The translations under genes and the position numbers were made by a program. Positions 20,176 through 29,585 of a stretch of 64,000 nt of DNA are shown one piece after another. The notes beneath the pieces were generated by a model. The model was given only the letters and a program-made list of their open reading frames with translations. It had not been told where the DNA came from and searched no databases. Source of the DNA: a virus; IMG/VR virus record IMGVR_UViG_3300011113_000649, positions 32,001 through 96,000 of that record. One strand, written 5' to 3'. Every line of letters starts with the position of its first letter. The stretch's first letter is position 1.

Positions 20176-20557
20176 TTGCAGCCTCCACTAGAGTAATTAC
20201 TTCATCATCCCTGAGGTTTTCTCCTACATCTAAAATAGAACTAAGCAACGAGGTTCCATATTTTTTATACTGATCATTAGACATTTGTTTACGAATAACT
20301 TTTTTAATTCTCAACTTGGTAAACCAACCTCTTTTGATAGAATATGACTTAATTTCATCCCCGTATAAGTTGTATTTGTCTTGTGCTGATGACAGACTGA
20401 GATTTTTATTTTTGTTGCATTCTTGCAGAATTCTTATAAGGGTCAATGTTATACTAATAATCATTAATATCGCCATAACACTGCCAAAGTTTTCTTCTTC
20501 TGGTATGTGTGATTCTTTTCTAATTTTCTCGGCTATGTTTTTTAAATTGTCGTTCAT
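20168..20557 (-). CDS. Hypothetical membrane protein
   Basis: One hydrophobic segment. Confidence 0.6.
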   Translation of the reverse strand: MNDNLKNIAEKIRKESHIPEEENFGSVMAILMIISITLTLIRILQECNKNKNLSLSSAQDKYNLYGDEIKSYSIKRGWFTKLRIKKVIRKQMSNDQYKKYGTSLLSSILDVGENLRDDEVITLVEAANV

Positions 20558-20865
20558 TTTTGATGTACTCTGGTTTTACATTCTGGTTTTAATATTACTG
20601 GTGGATGAATTACCTCAGAATCTTTGGTTTCTGGTTCACAATATCCACAATCAACCATTTTGATGCCGTCTCCGCTTAAATATTTACCAGCACCCTTACA
20701 AACAGGACAGTTTTTTCTAGGATATTTTTTTTCTGTATCTATGTGTTTGCTTTTTATAATAGATCCAGCTAAAGTTACTGCTGCGGTTGTTGTGCCATTA
20801 TAACCATAATCACTATGTGCAATAACAATAGAAGATATTAATATTAAACCAAGAATTTTATTCAT
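20554..20865 (-). CDS. Signal-peptide protein with DnaJ-type Zn finger
   Basis: N-terminal hydrophobic stretch; CPVCKGAG...CGYC. Confidence 0.6.
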   Translation of the reverse strand: MNKILGLILISSIVIAHSDYGYNGTTTAAVTLAGSIIKSKHIDTEKKYPRKNCPVCKGAGKYLSGDGIKMVDCGYCEPETKDSEVIHPPVILKPECKTRVHQK

Positions 20866-21019
20866 CTTGTTTTCTCCATCTTGGACGCCGTTTTTTATCT
20901 GGTTTGGGAAAATCTATTTCTTCTACGCTTTTTGGTGACAAGATTTTTATTAAACTTAATATAAAACTAGAAATAATACTTAATAGTCTATTCAGAACGA
21001 TCTTATCAATTATTTTCAT
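20858..21019 (-). CDS. Small protein (53 aa, not in ORF track)
   Basis: MKIIDKIVLNRLLSIISSFILSLIKIL...RWRKQDE; overlaps both neighbours. Confidence 0.5.
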   Translation of the reverse strand: MKIIDKIVLNRLLSIISSFILSLIKILSPKSVEEIDFPKPDKKRRPRWRKQDE

Positions 21020-21942
21020 AAATAATCCTCAAAACCATAAGAGGGAAGTTTTTGAACAGGAAACCCATCAAAGTTGCTAAACGCATAAGCGCCATTTTGT
21101 TTAAGCATCCCTGCTGCTGTATCTGAATCAATTAAAAACGAACCATCTGGTATTTTACCCCACGCTGGATGACCACCATCATTCCATTTACCCCAACTGT
21201 TTTGAATTAGAAATGCTAGTTCGCCATTAGTATCATCACAAGCTATCCAGGCCATAGCATGGGCCCAACTTCCACTGACTTTTGCGAAACCCTTACTATC
21301 TCTTTTGTTACTAAATCCATAACTAGAACATACGGATAAGCCATATCCATTAGCTAAAGCATCTCTAGCTTCTTCTATAGTCGTAACCAAACTAACAGTT
21401 TTAATTTGATGGTCATTAGCTAAGTCTATAACCTTGTCAGGCAATCCTCTAGCACCCCAACCTGCACCAAGATTTCCATTATATTTAGTAAAGTCAGCAA
21501 CACCCCTATAGTCTTTTCTAACTAGAACCCCACCACTCTGGCTAACGAATGTAGCAGCTCTAGAGCAGCTCATGCCTTGTCCTCCGTGACCACGAGCGCC
21601 ATAAATTCCTTCGGTTGCTCCTCGCGCTACCCAACTCTCTTTGTCTCTATGTACATCAATTTCTACGGCTCTACTCACGTCTAAAGCATTTCGTGTTGCA
21701 TGAGACACACAATCTCCAGTAGTTTGTCTTTCATTATAAGGGTTTTTATCAAACTTTAAAACACTTTTATATGGGATGCTGAGTTTGCCTTTACCACTAT
21801 TTTTTATTTTTTTAGCGCCGTCAGCAAAATATGCATATTTAGAACTCTCCATAAGTTCATCAAACATGTGTTGCTCCCACAAGCAACCCTGAAATCCTTT
21901 TTTATAATTTAGATAAAGATCATTTGGAGAAAATTTAGACAT
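21016..21942 (-). CDS. Papain-like (C1) cysteine peptidase
   Basis: QTTGDC, WAHAM, QNSWG catalytic motifs. Confidence 0.85.
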   Translation of the reverse strand: MSKFSPNDLYLNYKKGFQGCLWEQHMFDELMESSKYAYFADGAKKIKNSGKGKLSIPYKSVLKFDKNPYNERQTTGDCVSHATRNALDVSRAVEIDVHRDKESWVARGATEGIYGARGHGGQGMSCSRAATFVSQSGGVLVRKDYRGVADFTKYNGNLGAGWGARGLPDKVIDLANDHQIKTVSLVTTIEEARDALANGYGLSVCSSYGFSNKRDSKGFAKVSGSWAHAMAWIACDDTNGELAFLIQNSWGKWNDGGHPAWGKIPDGSFLIDSDTAAGMLKQNGAYAFSNFDGFPVQKLPSYGFEDYL

Positions 21943-22457
21943 TATTTGCTACCCTCATAAACGGCCCAGGCCAAAGCTCTAAACGCTTCAACAGCTTTTT
22001 TTCTTAATTCAGCATCTAGTGGGACTATATCATCACCAATTTGACTACCTATAATAACCTGAGAAGCATCAGATAGTCCTGGATATTTATTTTTTATATT
22101 CATTCTCAACATTAAACCACCCAAAGAATTAGCTTGTCTAATTTCTTCTGTTGTTTTCACCACTTCGTTTTCACCATCAAGTTCTATAAGAGTAGCCAAA
22201 TCCATATACAAATCAGATAGTCTTTGAGCATCTTGTGTTTTTTCTTTTAATGAGATATTTTTAAGAATATCAATTATTAATTTACATTTTGCCCTGAGAT
22301 CAGAATTTTCTGGAGGAGTTATAATAACTATATTATCTACAACAACAGGTTTATTAATTGGTAGATTAAAATTAGGTTTAGTAATTCCAATTAGTATTAA
22401 TACAGCGGCTAAAATCCATAAAAAGTTTTTATTCATTGTTTTTCTTTCCACATACAT
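21942..22457 (-). CDS. Membrane-anchored hypothetical protein
   Basis: N-terminal TM. Confidence 0.6.
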   Translation of the reverse strand: MYVERKTMNKNFLWILAAVLILIGITKPNFNLPINKPVVVDNIVIITPPENSDLRAKCKLIIDILKNISLKEKTQDAQRLSDLYMDLATLIELDGENEVVKTTEEIRQANSLGGLMLRMNIKNKYPGLSDASQVIIGSQIGDDIVPLDAELRKKAVEAFRALAWAVYEGSK

Positions 22458-22842
22458 TAGGACTTAAATAAGGAAACATCTCATCAGCAACTTCCACCGC
22501 TTTATTACAGCCACACCTTAATGCTAGGTCTCTCGTTTCTTTCCATGAAACAATGAGCTTAAAAAAAGAATTGTCAGGTTCTTCTTGGCTATTTTCTGCG
22601 ATAGTTGTAGCCAAAACTAACGGAGCATTTGTTGAAACGGTAACGGCTGGGACTACGGGCTTTGTTTCTTTTTTAGTCAAAATTCCTTTCACAGATTCTG
22701 CCAATAGGTTTATAGCGCCCTGAACTGGGCTTAGCTTGTCTTTAAAAAGAACCCATATTACAATGCCTATGCCAGCATAAAGCATCAAATCAGTTGAGCT
22801 TAAGCCTTTGCTAAATTCTTCAAAACTCTGAGTAAAATTCAT
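22429..22842 (-). CDS. Membrane-anchored hypothetical protein
   Basis: LMLYAGIGIVIWVLF TM. Confidence 0.6.
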   Translation of the reverse strand: MNFTQSFEEFSKGLSSTDLMLYAGIGIVIWVLFKDKLSPVQGAINLLAESVKGILTKKETKPVVPAVTVSTNAPLVLATTIAENSQEEPDNSFFKLIVSWKETRDLALRCGCNKAVEVADEMFPYLSPNVCGKKNNE

Positions 22843-22843
22843 A

Positions 22844-23260
22844 TCAAGCCTCTTTATTCATTTTTTTAAGAAAAACACCAGTATTTCTGAAAGTTGTCAC
22901 TAGCGCATCTATTGTTGCGCCAACAAGTATCATCAAAAATGCTTTGACATACTTATGTATAATAGGCTCTAAAACATTAGGAACAACAGGAATATCCACA
23001 ACAACAAACACGCTATCGTAGAACCTATTTAATAAATCCATAGCCAAAGCTTTTTTGTCTGAACTACTAATATCATGTCCTAATTTCTCTATTATTTGTA
23101 TAACACTAGCTGTGGCTAATTGTAAAATCTTCCAAGCTTCACTTATCGCTAATCTTTTTACTTCTGCTAGGCTGTTTTTTACGTTTAGTATTAGTTTGTC
23201 TACTTCTGCTCTTATTAGGTCTTGGCTCAATAGTGGTGTTACTGTTTTGATGTCGCTCAT
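22844..23260 (-). CDS. Hypothetical protein
   Basis: 138 aa, amphipathic helices. Confidence 0.6.
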   Translation of the reverse strand: MSDIKTVTPLLSQDLIRAEVDKLILNVKNSLAEVKRLAISEAWKILQLATASVIQIIEKLGHDISSSDKKALAMDLLNRFYDSVFVVVDIPVVPNVLEPIIHKYVKAFLMILVGATIDALVTTFRNTGVFLKKMNKEA

Positions 23261-23501
23261 CTTCTGTTTCCTTTTCTTTGAACTGTTGTTTGATTTTTGT
23301 TCTACCGTTCACATATTTATATAAAATAATAAGTTGTCCACCTATTAATATACACGATTCTACACCATGAGATATGGTTGTGATAAGTTCTTCTTTTTGG
23401 CCATTATCTGTAATAAGACCAGTTAAATATAGTCCGCTAAATATAAAACTTACTAAAGTAAACCAAAATTCACTAGTTCTATATCCTGGCTTAGGTTTCA
23501 T
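23139..23501 (-). CDS. Holin-like two-TM protein
   Basis: KPGYRTSEFWFTL start, two TMs, basic C-terminal tail. Confidence 0.5.
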   Translation of the reverse strand: MKPKPGYRTSEFWFTLVSFIFSGLYLTGLITDNGQKEELITTISHGVESCILIGGQLIILYKYVNGRTKIKQQFKEKETEDERHQNSNTTIEPRPNKSRSRQTNTKRKKQPSRSKKISDK

Positions 23502-23695
23502 GCAGGGGAGTCTCCTGAATAGTATCTTGTGTCATCAAATCTAGCGTCATATTTATTTTGTATATCTGCGATAGTTGGTTGATTTGATACTGCTGTGTTC
23601 AAAGCGGAATATTCTCCAGTCCACGAACAAGTAACAACGGCTGTCCCGTTTTTTACTACCACACCACTAATTGCTGCCTGAATATCATTTGCCAT
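23498..23695 (-). CDS. Small hypothetical protein
   Basis: 65 aa, GGAG RBS. Confidence 0.6.
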   Translation of the reverse strand: MANDIQAAISGVVVKNGTAVVTCSWTGEYSALNTAVSNQPTIADIQNKYDARFDDTRYYSGDSPA

Positions 23696-23697
23696 AA

Positions 23698-24018
23698 TTA
23701 ACTCCTATCTATTCTTTCTTCTAGAGCTTCTAGTGTTTTGCCTAAAGTAGCAATTTGTATTTTTAGTTCATTCATAACCTCTATAACCTTTTGTAGAGTT
23801 ATAGATAGAGCTGTTTGGGTTTCTTTGTTTATGGCTAATCTTTCCATAATAAATTCACGATCTTTACAATATGGACTCTCGTGCTGAACCATATTACTAA
23901 TCTCTTCTTTAGTAAGAATTTTTCTACCAACTCCAACCCAAAAGCCAACCAAAGTAACAATTATGCCAATACTAGCCGAAGCCACAGACTGCCAAAAATG
24001 TAGCATTGATTCATTCAT
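23698..24018 (-). CDS. TM plus coiled-coil protein
   Basis: N-terminal TM, heptad C-terminus. Confidence 0.6.
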   Translation of the reverse strand: MNESMLHFWQSVASASIGIIVTLVGFWVGVGRKILTKEEISNMVQHESPYCKDREFIMERLAINKETQTALSITLQKVIEVMNELKIQIATLGKTLEALEERIDRS

Positions 24019-24039
24019 TTAAATTATTCCTTTATAAGT

Positions 24040-24074
24040 AAAAAGCCAAAAGATACTAATTGCATCCTTGGCTT
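24040..24074 (-). terminator. Intrinsic terminator
   Basis: AAGCCAAGGATGC-AATTA-GTATCTTTTGGCTT followed by TT. Confidence 0.65.
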
Positions 24075-24104
24075 AATACTAGATTAAATTATATACAAAT
24101 ATAA

Positions 24105-24674
24105 TCAGTTGGTTTTGGCCTTATAATCATCAAGTTTTGGAATTGGACTACCTTGTAGATATACCAATTCGCCAGGAACAGATTTTGTTGGAGCAGCAGC
24201 TTGGTCTGTTGAAGTGGCGGAAGTAGCACCAGTGGAAATATTCCAAAATGCGTCTACAGCACCACTTGGAAAACCAGCTTCCCATTCTCCGCTATATTCA
24301 TTCCACTTATTATTTCTAATAGCCGTTGTTGTTCTACGAGTTCTAACAACTTCTAGTTTATTAATACTTTTTGCGTTTGTGGTATCATTAGCACCACTAC
24401 GTAAAAAGTTATTAGTAACGCCAGCTAAAGATGTTGTGACCTTAGGAGCTGTTGGAGTGGCATTGTTGTAAGCAAAAGTACCGGCAGATAAAGCCTTGTC
24501 AGCATCGGCATTATCAACTACTACGTTTGCATAAACACCGACCTGAGCGGCGGCTGTGGCTTGACTTCTAACAACGTTGGAAGATACGGTGCCATTAGCG
24601 GTCATAACGCCGCCATTATTAACTGTTGATGTTGCTGTTACAGCAGACGAACCATTTTTTTGTACTGTGGCCAT
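24105..24674 (-). CDS. Ala/Thr/Asn-rich protein, possibly structural
   Basis: GGAG RBS, upstream GGTGTATA motif, downstream terminator. Confidence 0.6.
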   Translation of the reverse strand: MATVQKNGSSAVTATSTVNNGGVMTANGTVSSNVVRSQATAAAQVGVYANVVVDNADADKALSAGTFAYNNATPTAPKVTTSLAGVTNNFLRSGANDTTNAKSINKLEVVRTRRTTTAIRNNKWNEYSGEWEAGFPSGAVDAFWNISTGATSATSTDQAAAPTKSVPGELVYLQGSPIPKLDDYKAKTN

Positions 24675-24725
24675 TTGTTACTCCGTATTGAATTGCTAAA
24701 ATCATGAATAACTTTTTATACACCA

Positions 24726-25394
24726 CTATTCTTTTTGTTGAGTTAAATTGAATCTAAGAAAATTTTCTAATGCATGTAACGAGGTTGTTCTAAAGCCAAA
24801 TAGGCCGGATTTTATGATAGTTTCAAAATGCTTATTCTGCCAAAAATTACCAGTGCAAATTATCTTTAGGTCTTTTGAGTTAGTATACAAAAATACAGAC
24901 GCAAGTATATTATCTGCTAAATTATCTATAAAATAGCAGCTAGAAGGAAAAACATATTTTATGCCCATTTCTTCAAAAATTTCACAAGTTTTTTTTAAGC
25001 AAAAATGGTCAAATTTTCTATATTCTAGTATATATCTTACTGTAGCATTATGCGACTTAGAAATATCTACTATATTTTTGATATCATCTCTAATTTTATC
25101 GTATTTTCTATTTGCGGCCAAGACTTGAGGCATGCTAATATCTAGGGTATTAAATCCTGCTTTTAATGCTTGATCGACCGCCGAACATCTGGTTTTAGCA
25201 TCAGACACCCCCAAAGGATAATCTATCAAACAAGAAAAGTCATATCCTTCATTGATAAAAGGCTTAATAAGTTTAAAAAAATAATATGGCAGAGTGATGC
25301 TATTAACTAGATTATTCGATATAATATGTTTTAATAAGTCTCGAGCCTTAGACTCGTTAATATCCGTATCAATAATAGCAAAATCAATATACAT
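24726..25394 (-). CDS. DeoC-like TIM-barrel protein lacking catalytic lysines
   Basis: DYPLG, GFNTLDI, VRYILE, YVFPSS align with DeoC GFPLG, GADEIDMV, LKVIIE, FVKTST. Confidence 0.65.
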   Translation of the reverse strand: MYIDFAIIDTDINESKARDLLKHIISNNLVNSITLPYYFFKLIKPFINEGYDFSCLIDYPLGVSDAKTRCSAVDQALKAGFNTLDISMPQVLAANRKYDKIRDDIKNIVDISKSHNATVRYILEYRKFDHFCLKKTCEIFEEMGIKYVFPSSCYFIDNLADNILASVFLYTNSKDLKIICTGNFWQNKHFETIIKSGLFGFRTTSLHALENFLRFNLTQQKE

Positions 25395-26062
25395 TATATT
25401 TTTTTGATGTAGTTTTTGATGTAGTCTATGTTCGGAAATTTTTTACTACCAAGAATACCATCCGCAAAGCCATAATCAACAGCTTCTTCTGCTGTTAAGA
25501 TCCAATCTCTTTTTGTTGCCAATTGTGTTACGATATGTTTTTTGGTCATCATTTTTTTCCAATTTTTTTCTTTACATATCCTACTAGACATACACCTTTC
25601 AGTAAATATATCTATCATCTTTTCGCTTTCTTTTTCACTCCAATGTATCATGCTCAATGCCGCTTTATGTTCATTATCTACGCTGATAGATCCATAATGG
25701 ATTAAAAAATTTGCATTAGGACTAAGAATTCTTAAATCTGCTGCTTGTAATAAAACTGTACTACTAGATTCTACTTTTGCATATGCTACTATACACACAG
25801 GACTTTTGCTATTTTTAATATTATCATATATGCCGAGACAGTCTTGCCAATCTCCTCCAGGTAAATGCATGTGTACTAGTATTGGATCTAATGAAAGAGT
25901 ATTAAGATATCTCAAATTTTTTTCAAAAGTTATAGCCGATCTGTAGTCTACACCGGCTTCATTCTCTCCATCAAAATAAGAATGTAAGTATATTTCTCTA
26001 TTATCTATGTCTATACTATGATTATGTATGTCGTAAAGAATATTGTTGTTTACAGTTTCCAC
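25394..26062 (-). CDS. clpP: ClpP-family protease subunit
   Basis: PGG, VESSS (Ser), LIHYG (His), RDWILTAEEAVDYGFAD (Asp). Confidence 0.85.
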   Translation of the reverse strand: METVNNNILYDIHNHSIDIDNREIYLHSYFDGENEAGVDYRSAITFEKNLRYLNTLSLDPILVHMHLPGGDWQDCLGIYDNIKNSKSPVCIVAYAKVESSSTVLLQAADLRILSPNANFLIHYGSISVDNEHKAALSMIHWSEKESEKMIDIFTERCMSSRICKEKNWKKMMTKKHIVTQLATKRDWILTAEEAVDYGFADGILGSKKFPNIDYIKNYIKKI

Positions 26063-26066
26063 ATTA

Positions 26067-26558
26067 TCACTTTTTTGTTAAATAATAGACAACATTATCA
26101 GTAATAGATCTCATAATTTCATTATCTACAAAACACTTACCTATACCAATTCTGAATCTATATCTAGTAAACACATCCAACAGTTCAACGCCATCACATT
26201 TTTCTATTATGTTTACTATTGGTTTAGATATGTTGAAATTTGTGTGACCCACCCAAAAATTAAAAATTTTACTAGATGCAGTGTGTTCGTTATAGGGTAT
26301 TAGCCCTAGTGGAGATGATATAACTTTTATTGGCTTACTATTAGCTTTTATCATCTCTTCTTCTAAGATCTCTTGGTCTTCGTCTAGCTCTAAATCATCA
26401 TCATATTTATGCCACTTTAATTCGTCTGAATTTTCTCCAAACGGATCGTTCCATTTTTCCCAAATAATTTTATGGTTTGTCATTATGTTTGATACCATTA
26501 CTAAAGGCTGTTGGTTTAATATATGGTTCGGTTGTGTCTCCATATGATGTATTATCAT
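26067..26558 (-). CDS. Hypothetical protein
   Basis: IIWEKW...FNFWVGHTNF...GVE...TRYRFRIGIGK; true start likely near 26483. Confidence 0.6.
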   Translation of the reverse strand: MIIHHMETQPNHILNQQPLVMVSNIMTNHKIIWEKWNDPFGENSDELKWHKYDDDLELDEDQEILEEEMIKANSKPIKVISSPLGLIPYNEHTASSKIFNFWVGHTNFNISKPIVNIIEKCDGVELLDVFTRYRFRIGIGKCFVDNEIMRSITDNVVYYLTKK

Positions 26559-26859
26559 CTACTAGGTCTTGCCAAGCGACCATTACCTCTTTTACATAAT
26601 GTTTGATTTTTGGATCTTGTTTGGATATGTCTATAAGAATATTTAATAAAGAAGTCATGTACTCACCAGAATTAATACCGAACAACATTTCTGCTAAACT
26701 GTCTATCGACTCGGGATCTGTATCAACAATATAAATTTTTGCATATGATTGGTTTGCTTCTACCCAAAAGGTTACTGTGTTGTGTTTGGGCAAAGATTCT
26801 TCTATATTATTTTTTTTCTTTTGATATTGACATAATTTGTTTAAAATAGATTTGATCAT
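26470..26859 (-). CDS. Hypothetical protein
   Basis: Coupled ORF. Confidence 0.55.
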   Translation of the reverse strand: MIKSILNKLCQYQKKKNNIEESLPKHNTVTFWVEANQSYAKIYIVDTDPESIDSLAEMLFGINSGEYMTSLLNILIDISKQDPKIKHYVKEVMVAWQDLVDDNTSYGDTTEPYIKPTAFSNGIKHNDKP

Positions 26860-27245
26860 TTCAATCTTTGGGTAACCTCAAATAGTATATTGCTATATGG
26901 ATTTGGTTCTTGATAAATAAATTCAAACCAACATGCCCCATTTCCTATGCTATTTGTTTTGCTAGTTATAAAACCATAGATCATATTTAATGTATCTTCA
27001 TTGTCTGAGATATATTTAGTATCTATATTAATAAGTTGAGGCAATAATTCTATATCATTAACATATATGTATTTTTTTAAATAATCAACAAGATATGTCT
27101 CAGTGTTTTTTAAAAAGTCACTATTACATACAAAGTTGGGAAACTGTATTTGATCTTGAGATAAAGACAAGACAAACTGTTTATTGTTTGGAATATCTGT
27201 AGATAAGACAACGCATTGGATATTTACTGTATATTTATTGTGCAT
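26856..27245 (-). CDS. Hypothetical protein
   Basis: Coupled ORF. Confidence 0.55.
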   Translation of the reverse strand: MHNKYTVNIQCVVLSTDIPNNKQFVLSLSQDQIQFPNFVCNSDFLKNTETYLVDYLKKYIYVNDIELLPQLINIDTKYISDNEDTLNMIYGFITSKTNSIGNGACWFEFIYQEPNPYSNILFEVTQRLK

Positions 27246-27891
27246 TTTTTAAACCTCTGATTAAATCTAGGGCTTTATTTAAGCCTTGCCTAACAGCCTC
27301 TCTAGTAATACCGTACTTTTTACCAATTTTTTCAAATGTGTAATTCTCAAAATAGTATAGTCGTATATAATCCTTTTGTCTATCTGAAAGATAGTCTATT
27401 GATAGTATATTATCAATTAATCCAGCTAATGAATCGGATTGTTCTTTTTCTATCAGTTGTTCGTCTGGAGTTTTTGTATTGTGGTCTTTAATTAGTTCAT
27501 AATTAGATAGTTCCATATCTTCGTTTTTAAAGTCTAGAGAATAAACATTTTTTATATTTTTGGGCTTTTGATAAATTTTGCTAACATAAGTTTGGATAGC
27601 CCATAAAGCACATTGATTTCTATATGAATATTTAGTTTTTTTAGTTCCTTGTTTATTTGTATAGTTTTCATCCCATCTCCAATCAGCCATCATAATAGCA
27701 TTAGCCACAGAAGATACTGCATCTTCATCTTTTAGCATCTTTTGAGATAGGCCATTAAATATTGCATTAGCAAATTTAGAAATTGCTTTTTTGGCAAGTA
27801 ACAAGTATACATCCAGGGTATCAAATTCTATTTCTGAATGATTCTTATAGGCGATTTTTTGATTTCCAATTCCGTTGATCTGTAGCAACAT
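27235..27891 (-). CDS. Phage sigma70-family sigma factor
   Basis: Region-4 HTH LSDRQKDYIRLYYFENYTFEKIGKKYGITREAVRQ; region-2-like SYRNQCALWAI. Confidence 0.8.
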   Translation of the reverse strand: MLLQINGIGNQKIAYKNHSEIEFDTLDVYLLLAKKAISKFANAIFNGLSQKMLKDEDAVSSVANAIMMADWRWDENYTNKQGTKKTKYSYRNQCALWAIQTYVSKIYQKPKNIKNVYSLDFKNEDMELSNYELIKDHNTKTPDEQLIEKEQSDSLAGLIDNILSIDYLSDRQKDYIRLYYFENYTFEKIGKKYGITREAVRQGLNKALDLIRGLKNAQ

Positions 27892-27938
27892 TATTTAAGG
27901 TTCCTTGGGTATTTAAATTAATAACATCTTCGATTAAA

Positions 27939-28142
27939 TTACGCGTATATTCTCAGCATCGATCTGGGGTTATCATCGTAGCCTATGATAATATTACCAG
28001 AATCTATTTTATCTATTTGTTTAGATAATATAAAGTCTATAGTTTGAATAAGTCTAATAATCGCCATGTCACCTACACAATAATAATGTAGATGAAGTAA
28101 TCTCTGGACAAGCCAGTGTAAAAAATTTATATCCTCATCCAC
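27939..28142 (-). CDS. Hypothetical protein
   Basis: 67 aa; N-terminus resembles 52517..52828 (W..QRL). Confidence 0.45.
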   Translation of the reverse strand: MDEDINFLHWLVQRLLHLHYYCVGDMAIIRLIQTIDFILSKQIDKIDSGNIIIGYDDNPRSMLRIYA

Positions 28143-28173
28143 AAAACTATTCCTATTTATCCAAATCTTATCT

Positions 28174-28875
28174 TTATTTAGTTAATCTTTGCCACTGTTC
28201 TGTTTGTGGTCTGTCTTTATCTCCAGGTTGTGCTGGGCGATATTTTTTTCCTTCTCGTTCTCTTTTCTTGCGAATATTTTCCCATAATCCTGGTCTAGTA
28301 TTTTGTCCCATTGTTGTTGTAACGCCAGGATATTTTTTGTATTGATATTCATAATGAGGCAAGTCTGATATTTTTACTTTTTTACGTTTTTTTGTTGTGT
28401 CGTTTTCTGGATTCACAACCGATTCTGTTTCTTCATAGTCATCGTCATCTGTCTCGACGAACATGACAAAATCATGGATACTTCTCAAATGATCCTCTGC
28501 AACCGCAATCATACCTTGAAGATGTGGTGCTGTCAAATTTTCTTTTACCATAGGACTATCTAAGTAATCCAGTATATCTTTGGCATGACTCATTATTGCT
28601 CTTAATGAGCCAACACTCATATCATAATAACTTTTTTTGTATTCTGATTCTTCTTCTTTTTCTTCATCTTCTTCTGGCATATCATTAGATAGCAAGCTTA
28701 ATCTATCGTCTTCATATTCATTTTCGGGATATACATCATCTTCTTGTTCATAATCACAACCACAACTATCTGCTTTAGTGGTTTTTAATTCTGTTTTTTC
28801 TTGGGTGTCGTGTGTTTTGTGAGTAGCATTTACTGCGTCTTTAATACCGTTGAGTATATCATTAAATCTGGTCAT
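28174..28875 (-). CDS. Hypothetical protein, acidic N-part, basic C-terminal module
   Basis: GLWENIRKKR...GDKDRP C-terminus. Confidence 0.6.
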   Translation of the reverse strand: MTRFNDILNGIKDAVNATHKTHDTQEKTELKTTKADSCGCDYEQEDDVYPENEYEDDRLSLLSNDMPEEDEEKEEESEYKKSYYDMSVGSLRAIMSHAKDILDYLDSPMVKENLTAPHLQGMIAVAEDHLRSIHDFVMFVETDDDDYEETESVVNPENDTTKKRKKVKISDLPHYEYQYKKYPGVTTTMGQNTRPGLWENIRKKREREGKKYRPAQPGDKDRPQTEQWQRLTK

Positions 28876-28916
28876 TATAGTATTTCCCTAATATGTTTGT
28901 AGTTAATTAAATTATA

Positions 28917-29585
28917 TTACCAAGCTTTACAAGACCAATATCTTGCTTTCCATTTGGGGCCTGGATTGTCACAATTGTGTCTGGCTCTGAAACTTTTGCG
29001 ACGTTCTGGAATGTTTTTTTTAATTTTCATGTTTGGATCACCAAATCTGACTATCACAATGTTGCCACTCTCATTCTTTGTATAAACTGCAAATTTTTTA
29101 GGTCCGCTAGGAGTCCTAAAAGGTTTATTTAAGGTTACTTTACGACCCTGATATTCTGCTGCTTTTGCTTCTCCATCAAATCGAAGATATCTATTATTTT
29201 TTCTATAGTTACCCTTTTTTTCAAAATAAAACAACTCGTTAGTAACCGGATCTAAATATTGATATTTTGCAATTGATGATACGTCTAAAATTTCCGTTTC
29301 TTCACCCATATCCTCATAGTCTATATCATTTGGAACAATGAGATTATTAGCAGACAGTAATTCTGCTTCGGTTTCACAGTTATCACACTCATAGGACATT
29401 GAGAAACCCAGTATATCTAATACATAGTCCAATAATCCAGCTTTGTTCTTTTTGCGTGTCTGTCCCAAACAAATAGCTACTCGTTGTTGAGTATTAGGAT
29501 AGTCTTTTTTCATGGTTTCGTTGCTCATACAACGACCAATGAATTTTTGTCTATCTTCGTTTGGTTTTTTTTCTGGGATTGGCAT
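28917..29585 (-). CDS. Conserved-looking phage protein with RRKSFRARH module
   Basis: VRFGDPNM...RRKSFRARHNC...ARYWSCKAW, a motif I recall from myophage proteins. Confidence 0.65.
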   Translation of the reverse strand: MPIPEKKPNEDRQKFIGRCMSNETMKKDYPNTQQRVAICLGQTRKKNKAGLLDYVLDILGFSMSYECDNCETEAELLSANNLIVPNDIDYEDMGEETEILDVSSIAKYQYLDPVTNELFYFEKKGNYRKNNRYLRFDGEAKAAEYQGRKVTLNKPFRTPSGPKKFAVYTKNESGNIVIVRFGDPNMKIKKNIPERRKSFRARHNCDNPGPKWKARYWSCKAW

